Positions 18,828 to 30,241 of a stretch of DNA of 64,000 nucleotides are shown here, in pieces. The stretch is from NCBI GenBank assembly GCA_012840075.1, contig DUMC01000178.1:9645-73644 (forward strand), in the 5' to 3' direction. Position numbers and translations under genes: made by a program. Origin of the DNA: Clostridiaceae bacterium. Its GTDB lineage: Bacteria > Bacillota > Clostridia > Acetivibrionales > DUMC01. The notes beneath the pieces are model-generated. The model was not told where the DNA came from, searched no databases, and saw only the letters and a program-made list of their open reading frames with translations. Every line of letters begins with the position of its first letter. Position 1 is the stretch's first letter.

Positions 18828-20060
18828 ATGCAAAATTTTGATATGAAAAAATTTTTTCTAAACTATTTTCAAGAAAAATATTTCAAAATTATTATTATTT
18901 CTTTAATAGTATTGTCATATTTAGTGATATTTTCAGGTTGTTATTTTTTCCCACAAGAAGAAGAAGTATTGGCCCCACCGTTAAAAGAACCACAAAAAAT
19001 TGAATACAAAACGATTAAAGTTCAAAGGGGTACTATTGAAAAAAGAATAAACGGTACTGCATATTTTGTTTCGGATTTGCAGACTGATGTTTATTTTACC
19101 GAAAGAGGCGGAAGAATCAAGTCTATCAATGTAAAAAACGGTGATATGGTTAATGAAGGAGACGTATTAATTGAGCTTGAAACAGATGACCTGGAAAAGC
19201 AGATATTTCAGCAAGAATTAAACCTAGAAAGGTTAAAGTTAAATACTTCACAAACACTGTCTAATCTAGAGAGGGCAATAAAACTTTCAGAGATGGAGTT
19301 AGAAGATTTAAAAGAAAATTTGGCTGAAATTAATACTATCATAGAAAATCTCGGTGAAGGTGTAAAACTCCAGGATATAATGCCGAATGTAGATGTTAAA
19401 GAAATAGAAGATCAAATTAAAAGGAAGGAATTTTTAATCGAAGGTCAAAAACTCGAATATGAAAATTATAAAGCTTCAGCCGAGTTAGATATTAAGACCA
19501 TTGAACTCCAAATAGAGAATCTGAAAAATGAGCTGGCAAAAACAAAACTTGTTTCCCCTGTATCCGGAAAAATTGTATGGCTCACTTCCGCAAAACCGGG
19601 AGATGTGGTTTACACCTATTCTAATCTTGTAAGAATCGCAGATGTAAACAGGTTAAAACTTAAATATTCAGGAGATAATCTTTCAGATTTCAAAATTGGC
19701 GCTACTGTTGAAGTGAAAATCGATGATAAAGATTATGTAGGAAGAGTCGTAATGATTCCGTCAACAGCACCTTTTGATGCTGATGATAGTCTGAGAAGAT
19801 CCGTCTTAATTGAAGTGGAAAATTTACCGTCAAGTGTTAAATTAGGCGATCCGGCAAGGATAAGCTTCCTTATTGACAGGAAAGAAAATGTAATTGTTAT
19901 TCCGAGAAATATGCTGCACGGTATTATGGGTCAGAAGACTGTTTATGTTCTTGAGGATGGTTTGAAAAAGGACAGGACTGTTGAAACAGGATTGGAAAAC
20001 GCAACGGAAGTTGAAATAGTAAAAGGTTTGGAAGAAGGAGAAGAAATCATAGAAGGCTAA
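18828..20060 (+). CDS. HlyD/MacA-type periplasmic-adaptor-like (membrane fusion) protein
   Basis: N-terminal TM anchor, a long coiled-coil segment (aa 130-260 of the ORF), and a C-terminal beta-barrel-like region VSPVSGKIVW. GGAGGT SD 7 nt before the ATG at 18828. Confidence 0.8.
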   Translation: MQNFDMKKFFLNYFQEKYFKIIIISLIVLSYLVIFSGCYFFPQEEEVLAPPLKEPQKIEYKTIKVQRGTIEKRINGTAYFVSDLQTDVYFTERGGRIKSINVKNGDMVNEGDVLIELETDDLEKQIFQQELNLERLKLNTSQTLSNLERAIKLSEMELEDLKENLAEINTIIENLGEGVKLQDIMPNVDVKEIEDQIKRKEFLIEGQKLEYENYKASAELDIKTIELQIENLKNELAKTKLVSPVSGKIVWLTSAKPGDVVYTYSNLVRIADVNRLKLKYSGDNLSDFKIGATVEVKIDDKDYVGRVVMIPSTAPFDADDSLRRSVLIEVENLPSSVKLGDPARISFLIDRKENVIVIPRNMLHGIMGQKTVYVLEDGLKKDRTVETGLENATEVEIVKGLEEGEEIIEG

Positions 20061-20099
20061 CTAGAAGGTTAACTATTTGAAATCTGGGGGGTATATTTC

Positions 20100-22958
20100 T
20101 TGATTATAATATTATTAAGAAAAATAATAAATAACAAATGGATGGTGTTATGCCTTCTAATAGGATCAATCCTAACCGTGGCAATGGTAAGCAGTGTTCC
20201 GATTTATACCAACGGAGTATTGCAAAGAATGCTTACCAGGGATTTGGAAGAGTATCAAAAAAAATACGGAACTTTTCCGGGAAGATACAGCATAAAAGGC
20301 AAGCTTCACTATTACGCAGCAAGCGAAAACGAAAGAGTATACGCGTATAAATGGTTTGACGAAAGAATTGTAAAATTTCCGGAGCAGCTTGATATCCATT
20401 TAATCGTAAAAAATAAATCTTTAATTGCTGACAATTTAATAGCCGTTCCTGAAATTCAAAGAGAAGAAAAACCGAAAAAAAGATTCTTTAAATTTGAAGC
20501 TATAGATAACTTTACGGAACATGCAGCTATAACTAACGGACGCATGTTTTCAAACGAAATGAAAGACGGAATAATAGAAGTTGTAGTAACTGAGCAAGCT
20601 TATAACGAGTTGGATTTACGTCTTGATGAAGTCTATGACATAACGGATTTTATTAAAGACGAGGAAGGAGTTTTTTGTAAGGCAAAGGTAGTAGGAATTT
20701 TTACGATTAAAGATCCTTCCGATCTTTATTGGTTTGATGGATTATGGAGCTTTGATGACAGCTTTTTAATGGATGATACCTTATTCAAACAGTTATTTAT
20801 AGAAACTGAAGACCCGAAACTAACAGATGCAATATGGAATTTCGCCCTTGATTATCACAAAATAAAAATCGATCAAATCGGACATATTTTAAATGTTTAT
20901 GATTCTCAGTTCAGATGGGTTAAGCAATATAATGCGGTCTTGGAAGCAAGGTTTCCAATCATCCCCATACTTGAAGAATATCAGCAGCGTGAAAAACAGC
21001 TTACTTTGACATTATGGGTATTGCAAGTACCAATTTTACTTATGCTCGCATTTTATATGTTTATGGTCGCACAATTAATAGTTAAAAGTGAAGAGAACGA
21101 AATTGCAGTTATAAAGAGCAGAGGTGCAAGCTCTCTTCAGATATTTTTAAATTATTTAATGGAAAGCATACTACTTGGAGGAATAGCTTTTTCAGTCGGA
21201 CCGATTGTAGGTTTGTATATTTGCAAAATACTGGGTTTGTCTAACGGTTTCTTGGAATTTGTTCAGAGAACAGCTCTGCCGGTTGAGTTAAATGAGAATG
21301 CTTATCTATATTCTTTGCTTGCTTTGGGCTTATTTATCATATCAATGTTAGTGCCTGCTTACTTATCATCAAGAACCAGCATAGTTTTATACAAGCAAAC
21401 TAAAGTCAGAAAAAGAAAAGGTGTGGTCTGGAAGAGGTATTTCTTGGATATACTTTTGTTAGGTGTTTCAGGATACGGATTATACAGCTATAAAATGCGT
21501 ACAAGTACTGTGCTTTTAACAGGTGCTAAAGGCACTGATATTGCAATAGATCCTCTGCTGTTTTTAATATCTACATTGTTTATTTTAGGAGCTGGGCTTG
21601 TGTTTCTAAGGTTGTTCCCTTATCTTGTAAGTTTTGTTTTCTGGCTTGGCAAGAAAATCTGGTCTCCCGCCCTCTATGCTTCTTTCCTTCACGTAAGCAG
21701 ATCCGGCGGTCAAGAACAGTTTATAATGTTATTTATAATTCTTGCCATTTCTTTGGGAATCTTTAATGCAAATGCTGCAAGAACTTTAAACAGGAATATA
21801 GAAGAAAGAATAAGGTATGAAATTGGGGCGGATATAACAATTCTTGCTGAATGGAAGACTAATCAGGTTGATTTCGGCGGTGGCATGATGGAGGACTTTA
21901 ACCCGTATTTGTCTTCTTCACAAAGCAATGCACCTGTAGAATATATTGAACCTCCTTTTGAACAGTTTACTAAATTAAATGGTGTTGAGCTAGCGACGAA
22001 AGTTTTCAAAAAAAGCAACGTCGAAGTCAGAACCATTTCAGGTACTACACAGAACGTTGACCTCCTCGGAATAATACCAAATGAATTCGGAAAGGTTTCT
22101 TGGATGAGAGACGGCCTAATGCCGTATCATTGGTATAATTATTTAAATCTTCTTGCAGAATCACCGACAGCCATGCTGGTATCCTCATCTATGAGGGAAA
22201 AATACAAACTTAAAGAAGGTGATTCCATATACTTGACTTGGAAAGGTCAAACATATCTCGAAGGTTATGTTTACGCGTTTATAGACTACTGGCCGACTTA
22301 TAATCCTAATTTAAAAAACCAAAGAGGTGAGAATAGGGACTTCATTGTAGCAAATTATTCTTATATCCATGCAAAAATGTCCTTGGAACCATATGAAGTG
22401 TGGATAAAAAAATTGCCCGGTGCTACTGATACACAAGTTCTTAATGATATTATAGAAAAGAAAATATCTATTAATGATATCAAGTTTGTGAATAATGAGA
22501 TTGTAAAGAAAAAGAATGATCCTATGCTCCAGGGTATTAACGGTGCATTGACTATGGGATTTGTAATAACAATGTTGATCAGTGCAATTGGTTTTCTAAT
22601 ATACTGGATATTGTCAATAAAAGGTAGGGCACTTCAATTTGGAATTTTCCGAGCCATGGGTATGACGATGAGAAACGTAATTTCCATGCTTGTATTAGAA
22701 CAATTGCTTATTTCAGGACTTTCTATTGTTATGGGCATTGTAATAGGCGGAATAACTTGTGACTTGTTTATACCGCTGTTGCAAATAGCATATAGCGTAG
22801 AAGAAATGGCTATACCGTTTAAAGTTTTTGCATATGGAGGCGACTATATAAAAATTTATTCAATTGTAGGCGGTATGTTATTATTAGGTATTTCTATTTT
22901 AGGAATCCAAGTAGCAAGGATTAATATTAATCAAGCTATTAAGCTAGGAGAGGATTAA
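20100..22958 (+). CDS. Large ABC transporter permease with two FtsX-type domains (MacB-like)
   Basis: 952 aa. Two FtsX-like TM bundles (around KSRGASSLQIF and FRAMGMTMRNVISM), each preceded by a large extracytoplasmic segment. Confidence 0.85.
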   Translation: MIIILLRKIINNKWMVLCLLIGSILTVAMVSSVPIYTNGVLQRMLTRDLEEYQKKYGTFPGRYSIKGKLHYYAASENERVYAYKWFDERIVKFPEQLDIHLIVKNKSLIADNLIAVPEIQREEKPKKRFFKFEAIDNFTEHAAITNGRMFSNEMKDGIIEVVVTEQAYNELDLRLDEVYDITDFIKDEEGVFCKAKVVGIFTIKDPSDLYWFDGLWSFDDSFLMDDTLFKQLFIETEDPKLTDAIWNFALDYHKIKIDQIGHILNVYDSQFRWVKQYNAVLEARFPIIPILEEYQQREKQLTLTLWVLQVPILLMLAFYMFMVAQLIVKSEENEIAVIKSRGASSLQIFLNYLMESILLGGIAFSVGPIVGLYICKILGLSNGFLEFVQRTALPVELNENAYLYSLLALGLFIISMLVPAYLSSRTSIVLYKQTKVRKRKGVVWKRYFLDILLLGVSGYGLYSYKMRTSTVLLTGAKGTDIAIDPLLFLISTLFILGAGLVFLRLFPYLVSFVFWLGKKIWSPALYASFLHVSRSGGQEQFIMLFIILAISLGIFNANAARTLNRNIEERIRYEIGADITILAEWKTNQVDFGGGMMEDFNPYLSSSQSNAPVEYIEPPFEQFTKLNGVELATKVFKKSNVEVRTISGTTQNVDLLGIIPNEFGKVSWMRDGLMPYHWYNYLNLLAESPTAMLVSSSMREKYKLKEGDSIYLTWKGQTYLEGYVYAFIDYWPTYNPNLKNQRGENRDFIVANYSYIHAKMSLEPYEVWIKKLPGATDTQVLNDIIEKKISINDIKFVNNEIVKKKNDPMLQGINGALTMGFVITMLISAIGFLIYWILSIKGRALQFGIFRAMGMTMRNVISMLVLEQLLISGLSIVMGIVIGGITCDLFIPLLQIAYSVEEMAIPFKVFAYGGDYIKIYSIVGGMLLLGISILGIQVARININQAIKLGED

Positions 22959-22963
22959 TTCTT

Positions 22964-23701
22964 ATGATTGAACAAAAAGAATTGATGATTAATCAAAACA
23001 AAATGGATTCTACTCCTTCTATAATTACAACTGCTGACCTTTGTAAGGATTTTCATACAGGAGGAGAAGTAATCCATGCATTAAAAAATGTCAATATAGA
23101 AATAAAACCCGGAAAACTTACTGTTTTACGTGGACGATCAGGTTCGGGTAAGACCACTTTAATAAACTTATTAGGCGGGCTTGATGTTCCCACAAAGGGC
23201 AAGATATATTTCAAAGGTAAAGAAATATCCGGAATGTCAAATTCAAGAAGGGAGAGGCTCAGAAGAAAAAGCTTTGGGTTTATATTTCAATCGGTTGCTA
23301 TAATATCAGTTATGTCAGCATATGAAAATGTAGAGTTCGGGTTAAGAATTGCAGGGTTTGATCCAAAATTGCGCAAGAAAAGAGCGGAAGAGAGCCTTGC
23401 CCTTGTAGGTCTTGCTAAAAGAATGCACCATAGAGCTCATGAGCTTTCCGGCGGAGAACAGCAAAGAGTTGCAATTGCAAGAGCGATTGCACACCGGCCG
23501 GAAGTTATTTTTGCCGATGAACCTACGGCAGAACTCGATACACACATGGGGCTCCAAGTAGTAAAGCTTTTTAAAACTCTGATTGAGAAAGAAGGGATAA
23601 CCATCGTAATGACTACGCATGACCCAAGTATGATGGAAGTAGCTGATTGTGTATATACACTTGAGGACGGTGAGGTTGTAGATGAACAATGGGCAGAATG
23701 A
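22964..23701 (+). CDS. ABC transporter ATP-binding protein (MacB/LolD-type NBD), subunit 1
   Basis: Walker A GRSGSGKTT, signature LSGGEQQRVAIARA, Walker B VIFADEPT. Confidence 0.92.
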   Translation: MIEQKELMINQNKMDSTPSIITTADLCKDFHTGGEVIHALKNVNIEIKPGKLTVLRGRSGSGKTTLINLLGGLDVPTKGKIYFKGKEISGMSNSRRERLRRKSFGFIFQSVAIISVMSAYENVEFGLRIAGFDPKLRKKRAEESLALVGLAKRMHHRAHELSGGEQQRVAIARAIAHRPEVIFADEPTAELDTHMGLQVVKLFKTLIEKEGITIVMTTHDPSMMEVADCVYTLEDGEVVDEQWAE

Positions 23702-24722
23702 TAAAAATGAAAGAATTGAGCAAGGTGTAAACGGCGACAGCAACGTAAATAATATCGAAACCGGCGCCCAGGATGGCAGACAGATTGATTATGAAAAAAA
23801 TATAATAGTATGTGAGAACCTTGTAAAAATTTACAAGACAAAAGAAACTGAAGTAGTAGCTCTTCAAGGTCTTGATCTGGTCATTGAAAGAGGAGAATTA
23901 ATGGCCATAATAGGAAACAGCGGAAGCGGAAAATCTACCTTACTTAATATGATAGGTGGACTTGACAGGCCTTCTGCAGGAAAACTTATTGTTGACGGAC
24001 AGGACTTGTTAAAGTTTAACGACAGGCAATTAATAAAGTACAGAAAAGAAACGGTTGGATTTGTATGGCAAAATAATGCAAGAAATCTTATACCTTACTT
24101 AACTGCAAAAGAAAACGTGGAATTGCCTTTAATCATCAGCAATAAAAAGAAAAAAGCAGCCAAAGCCATGGAATTATTGGAAATGGTTGGCCTATCCCAC
24201 AGAGCAAAAAGCAAATTGAGCCAGCTCTCAGGTGGTGAGCAACAGAGGGTGGCTATAGCCATAGCATTAGCAAATAATCCTAAAATATTACTTGCTGACG
24301 AGCCTACCGGTTCCGTTGATACCAAGACTGCAGACCAAATATTGGACGTATTCCGTATGATGAATGAAAAATTGGGAGTTACCATAATAATTGTAACCCA
24401 CGACAGGCGAATAGCCAAAAAAGTAAACAGAGTAGTTGCCATAAGGGATGGGAGAACAAGTAGTGAGATGATAAGGAAACGGTCTTATGCGGAAGAACTG
24501 AAAGATATTAAGATAGGAATGGAGAGCCTTGAGGATGAGACTCACCAGGAATACGTTGTTTTGGACAGAGTGGGGCGTCTTCAAATACCGTCTGAATATA
24601 TAGAAGCATTGGGTCTTAAAGGTAAAAACAAAGTTAAAATGTTTATGGAAAACGGCAAGATAATTCTTGAACCACCGGAAAAGCAAGAGGATAAGGAAAA
24701 AGAGAAGGTAGCAGGGACGTAA
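23682..24722 (+). CDS. ABC transporter ATP-binding protein, subunit 2, with an N-terminal disordered extension and a C-terminal AbrB/SpoVT-like domain
   Basis: Walker A GNSGSGKST, LSGGEQQRVAIAIA, ILLADEPT. C-terminal VGRLQIPSEYIEALGLKGKNKVKMFMENGKIILEP resembles the swapped-hairpin AbrB/MazE motif. The start overlaps the upstream NBD gene by 20 nt. Confidence 0.85.
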   Translation: MNNGQNDKNERIEQGVNGDSNVNNIETGAQDGRQIDYEKNIIVCENLVKIYKTKETEVVALQGLDLVIERGELMAIIGNSGSGKSTLLNMIGGLDRPSAGKLIVDGQDLLKFNDRQLIKYRKETVGFVWQNNARNLIPYLTAKENVELPLIISNKKKKAAKAMELLEMVGLSHRAKSKLSQLSGGEQQRVAIAIALANNPKILLADEPTGSVDTKTADQILDVFRMMNEKLGVTIIIVTHDRRIAKKVNRVVAIRDGRTSSEMIRKRSYAEELKDIKIGMESLEDETHQEYVVLDRVGRLQIPSEYIEALGLKGKNKVKMFMENGKIILEPPEKQEDKEKEKVAGT

Positions 24723-24874
24723 AATAAAGAATACACTTATACTTCAAAATCATATTTACAAATTGAGAAATATAGGTTATTCTATATTATGATTTTGTAA
24801 TAATATGCAAAATTTATGACAAACTATATAATAACTATATAATACACAATATTCGTAATACACAACTAAATTAG

Positions 24875-26203
<1,329 letters not shown>

Positions 26204-26307
26204 AATCCCCTTAAATTTAAAAATAAACTTGTATTTTGCTTTATGTTATGATAGTATCATGTAAAGTAAGAGTGTAGGTACTCCACCACAAATTTGGAGG
26301 TGTAATT

Positions 26308-26550
26308 TTGAACGCAGGTACAATTATACTAAATATTATTTATATATTAATTGCATTATCAATGATTGTTATTGTATTACTGCAGTCAGCAAAATCTTCC
26401 GGAATGTCAGGTACTATAGCAGGCGGTGCCGAAACATTCTTCGGTAAAAATAAAGGTCGCACTATTGATGCAATGCTGAGTAAATACACTACTTTTGCAG
26501 CAATAGCATTTATAGTGATTTCTGTGGTCCTTTATCTTTTACTGAAATAA
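26308..26550 (+). CDS. secG: Preprotein translocase subunit SecG
   Basis: 80 aa with two TM segments. LLQSAKSSGMSGTIAGGAE motif. GGAGGTG SD and a TTG start. Canonical position after eno. Confidence 0.85.
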   Translation: MNAGTIILNIIYILIALSMIVIVLLQSAKSSGMSGTIAGGAETFFGKNKGRTIDAMLSKYTTFAAIAFIVISVVLYLLLK

Positions 26551-26585
26551 TTTAGATTATTAAAAAACATAAGAAAATGTATCAT

Positions 26586-26626
26586 GCAAAAGCTATGTAA
26601 TCATATACATAGCTTTTGCTTTTAAT
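26586..26626 (+). terminator. Rho-independent terminator after secG
   Basis: gcaaaagctatgta (26586-26599) pairs perfectly with tacatagcttttgc (26606-26619), followed by ttttaat. Confidence 0.8.
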
Positions 26627-26736
26627 ACAAATAATAAAGTCCGAGACAAATAAATTAATTTAATAATGCACAAAATAATTTAGCAGTTAATTGAACATAA
26701 TTTTATTTTTTAATTTAATAAACGGCGGTGCATTAG

Positions 26737-28977
26737 ATGAAAGAATTGAGGAAACAGAAAATATTGGATTTCATGGCACAAGAAACATACAAACCTTTTC
26801 TTTTGGAAGAACTTGCAGGTTTTCTTGCAGTACCAGGGGAAGAAATGGAGCTCTTTAAAACCATACTGGATGAACTTGAAGCTGAAGGTAAGATATTTAG
26901 ATCAAAGAAAAAAAGGTATGGTTTACCCCGACATTTCAATATGGTTATAGGCCGCTTAGAAGTAAACGAACGTGGGTTTGGATTTGTTATTCCCGAAGAT
27001 GAATACGACGATAAAGGCAGAAAATTAATCAAAGAAGACATATATATTTCACCTGATTGCATGAATGGTGCGATGAATAATGATATAGTTTGTGTTCATA
27101 TATTGTATAAAAGCTCCCAAGGAAAAAGAGCGGAAGGTGAAATATATAAGGTTATTAAGAGGGCTAATGAAACTATTGTAGGAACATTTCAAAGCAGTAA
27201 ATATTTCTCATATGTAATACCTGATGATAAAAGAATAAGAGAAGATATCCTAATACCGAAAGACGAAACTTTAAATGCAACTGACGGTCAAAAAGTAGTT
27301 GTACAAATTACAAAATGGCCTGAGAATTTTAAGCATGCAGAAGGCAAAGTAATTGAAATTCTAGGTGACAAGCATAGTCCCCATGTTGATATACTTTCCA
27401 TAATCAGATCCTTTAATTTGCCTGAAAAATTTCCGGAAGAAGTATTAAAACAAGCTGATGAAATAAGCAATGTAGTTACTGAAGAAATGATAGCAGGAAG
27501 AAGGGATTTGAGGAACCAGGTAATCGTAACAATAGATGGTGAAGATGCAAAAGACCTTGATGATGCCGTCTCCATAGAAAAAACACCTGAAGGCCATTAC
27601 AAGCTTGGAGTTCATATTGCTGATGTCAGTTATTATGTTAAAGAAGGAACTCCGTTGGATGAAGAAGCTTATAAACGCGGGACAAGCGTTTATTTGCTTA
27701 ACAGGGTAATACCAATGCTTCCCCCGAAATTATCAAACGGGATATGCAGTTTAAATCCAAACACAGATAGGTTAACTTTCTCTGTAGTAATGACAATTAA
27801 TAAAGAAGGCCAAGTAATAGACCATGAAATTTTTGAAAGTGTAATAAAAACTACAGCAAGAATGACATATACGGAAGTATACAGGATATTAGTAGATAAG
27901 GATCCTGAATTATGTGAGAAATACAAAGATTTGGTTGGAACCTTTAAAACCATGGAAGAGCTTGCACTTATTTTAAGGAAAAAAAGAATGGACAGGGGTG
28001 CTCTGGATTTTGATTTCGGAGAAGCAAAGATAATACTTGATGAAAACGGAAAACCCGTTGATGTATATAAATTCAAGTCCACAATAGCAGAACAGATTAT
28101 AGAAGAATTCATGATTGTATGCAATGAAACAGTAGCTGAGCATTTTTACTGGTTGGATGCTCCTTTTGTTTACAGAATACATGAAAAGCCTGATAAAGAG
28201 AAGCTATTAAGTTTTGGTAACTTGGTAAGGATTTTAGGTTACCGCATAAAAGGCTCAGGAGACATTCATCCAAGTGCATTGCAAGCTTTGTTGGAAGAAG
28301 TCAGAGGAGAAAAAGAAGAAAGACTAATAAGTACAATGATGCTTAGGTCGCTCCAAAAAGCTCGTTACAGCCATGAAAACGTCGGGCATTATGGTCTTGC
28401 ATCCCAATACTACTGTCATTTTACTTCACCTATACGAAGATATCCGGACCTGATTATTCACAGAATAATGAAACAGATTCTCAAAGGTGAGATGAGTAAA
28501 AGCAAGTTAGAATATTACAATTCTGCTTTGCCGGAAATATCCAGAAATTGTTCGGAAAGAGAAAGGACTGCCGAGGCTTGTGAACAGGCAGTAGACGATC
28601 TTAAAAAAGTTGAATACATGGAGCAATTTCTTGGAGAAACATTTGAAGGTATTATATCAGGAATAACTTCTTTTGGTATATTTGTAGAATTGGATAATAC
28701 GGTAGAAGGCATAGTCAAACTATCTACTATGTACGATGATTATTATATTTATGACGAAGAAATGTATACATTATATGGAGAGATGACAGGAAAGGAATAC
28801 AGAATAGGTGACGTGGTAAAAGTAAAAGTTGTTAAAACAGATAAAGACGCTCGCCAAGTGGAATTCGAGCTTATCGGTATTATTGAAAAAGAGTCTTCTA
28901 AGAGAAAAAACAAAAAAAAGAAGAAAAATAGTTCAAAGAAGAGTTCTAAAAAAAGAAAAGCTAATCTAGACTCTTAA
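26737..28977 (+). CDS. rnr: Ribonuclease R
   Basis: 746 aa. RNB-domain motifs (TIDGEDAKDLDDAVS, HFTSPIRRYPDLIIHR), a C-terminal S1 domain and a Lys-rich tail. Confidence 0.95.
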   Translation: MKELRKQKILDFMAQETYKPFLLEELAGFLAVPGEEMELFKTILDELEAEGKIFRSKKKRYGLPRHFNMVIGRLEVNERGFGFVIPEDEYDDKGRKLIKEDIYISPDCMNGAMNNDIVCVHILYKSSQGKRAEGEIYKVIKRANETIVGTFQSSKYFSYVIPDDKRIREDILIPKDETLNATDGQKVVVQITKWPENFKHAEGKVIEILGDKHSPHVDILSIIRSFNLPEKFPEEVLKQADEISNVVTEEMIAGRRDLRNQVIVTIDGEDAKDLDDAVSIEKTPEGHYKLGVHIADVSYYVKEGTPLDEEAYKRGTSVYLLNRVIPMLPPKLSNGICSLNPNTDRLTFSVVMTINKEGQVIDHEIFESVIKTTARMTYTEVYRILVDKDPELCEKYKDLVGTFKTMEELALILRKKRMDRGALDFDFGEAKIILDENGKPVDVYKFKSTIAEQIIEEFMIVCNETVAEHFYWLDAPFVYRIHEKPDKEKLLSFGNLVRILGYRIKGSGDIHPSALQALLEEVRGEKEERLISTMMLRSLQKARYSHENVGHYGLASQYYCHFTSPIRRYPDLIIHRIMKQILKGEMSKSKLEYYNSALPEISRNCSERERTAEACEQAVDDLKKVEYMEQFLGETFEGIISGITSFGIFVELDNTVEGIVKLSTMYDDYYIYDEEMYTLYGEMTGKEYRIGDVVKVKVVKTDKDARQVEFELIGIIEKESSKRKNKKKKKNSSKKSSKKRKANLDS

Positions 28978-29145
28978 GCAAAGCTTTTTCCTTTAAATTA
29001 CGATGATATTTTGAATTATAATAAGATTGAGCTTAAATTATAATAGTTATTGTGATTGTATTGCGGTGAACATATTAAATCTGTTTGATAAATATGGCAT
29101 ATTATGATATATAATAATTACTCAAGCTTAAAAGGAGGTGTGTCA

Positions 29146-30231
29146 TTGAAAAAGACACCGCTATATGAAAAACACATTGAACTGGGAGGGAAAATTGTAG
29201 AATTTGCCGGTTGGGCTTTACCGGTACAATATAAAAGCATAATTGAAGAACATGAAAAAGTAAGAAATAGTGCCGGCGTATTTGATGTATCTCACATGGG
29301 TGAAATACTTATAGATGGAACAGGTGCGGAAGAATTTTTGCAACATTTAATTACTAATGATATATCGACTTTGAAAGAGGGTAGAGTTAGATATTCACCC
29401 GTCTGCTATCCTGACGGTGGTACAGTTGATGATGTTATAGTGTATAAGTTATCAAATCAAAAATATCTTGTGGTAGTTAATGCTGCAAATACGGAGAAAG
29501 ATTATCAGTGGATGCTTGATAATGCTACTGCGGATGTAAGTATAACAAACGTTTCAGATAACTATGCTTTACTTGCCATACAAGGTCCTAAAGCTATTGA
29601 AATTTTAAAAGAGTTAACTACCTACCCTTTGGAAAACATGAAACCATTTTCATTTGCGGATAAAGTAGATGTTTCAGGTATTGAAGTTCTAATTTCAAGA
29701 ACCGGTTACACAGGCGAGGATGGGTTTGAAATTTACATAGCACCTGAAAAATCTGCAACTTTGTGGGATAAGCTATTACAAACCGGAAAAGAAGGAACAA
29801 TCATACCTGCCGGGTTAGGCGCTCGTGATACATTGCGGCTTGAAGCTGCTTTACCTCTGTACGGGCATGAATTGTCAAAGGATATAACACCTATAGAAGC
29901 AGGGCTTTCGAGATTTGTAAAGTTTGATAAAAAGGATTTCATAGGCAAGAAAGTTTTGCTGGCCCAAGCAGATTCTCCGAACAAAAGAATTCTTGTAGGT
30001 TTTGAAATGATTGATAGAGGAATTCCTAGAAATGACTATGAGGTTTTCTCAGAAGATAAGAAGATAGGTTTTGTCACATCCGGAGGTTTTTCGCCTACAT
30101 TGAAGAAAAATATAGGAATGGCTCTAATCAACAGTGAATATGCTAATATGGGAAATGAAATTGATATAATTATAAGAAACAAAGCTTGCAAAGCTAAAAT
30201 TATAAAACTACCATTTTATTCAAGAAAGTGA
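29146..30231 (+). CDS. gcvT: Glycine cleavage system aminomethyltransferase GcvT
   Basis: KKTPLYEKHIELGGKIVEFAGWALPVQY ... FDVSHMGE. AGGAGG SD 7 nt before the TTG at 29146, so the start was moved from 29104. Confidence 0.93.
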   Translation: MKKTPLYEKHIELGGKIVEFAGWALPVQYKSIIEEHEKVRNSAGVFDVSHMGEILIDGTGAEEFLQHLITNDISTLKEGRVRYSPVCYPDGGTVDDVIVYKLSNQKYLVVVNAANTEKDYQWMLDNATADVSITNVSDNYALLAIQGPKAIEILKELTTYPLENMKPFSFADKVDVSGIEVLISRTGYTGEDGFEIYIAPEKSATLWDKLLQTGKEGTIIPAGLGARDTLRLEAALPLYGHELSKDITPIEAGLSRFVKFDKKDFIGKKVLLAQADSPNKRILVGFEMIDRGIPRNDYEVFSEDKKIGFVTSGGFSPTLKKNIGMALINSEYANMGNEIDIIIRNKACKAKIIKLPFYSRK

Positions 30232-30241
30232 GGATGGTATT

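Noticed and set aside
28978-29103. smpB and tmRNA (ssrA) often follow rnr in Firmicutes.
   Set aside because: The spacer after rnr has no ORF and no tRNA-like acceptor or T-arm sequence. The next gene is gcvT.
28978-29145. A glycine riboswitch is expected upstream of gcvT.
   Set aside because: The 168-nt AT-rich leader contains none of the conserved glycine-aptamer elements (GGAGAG ... CACCGAAGGGGCAA-type cores). I therefore make no riboswitch call. Regulation of this gcv operon must differ from the Bacillus model.
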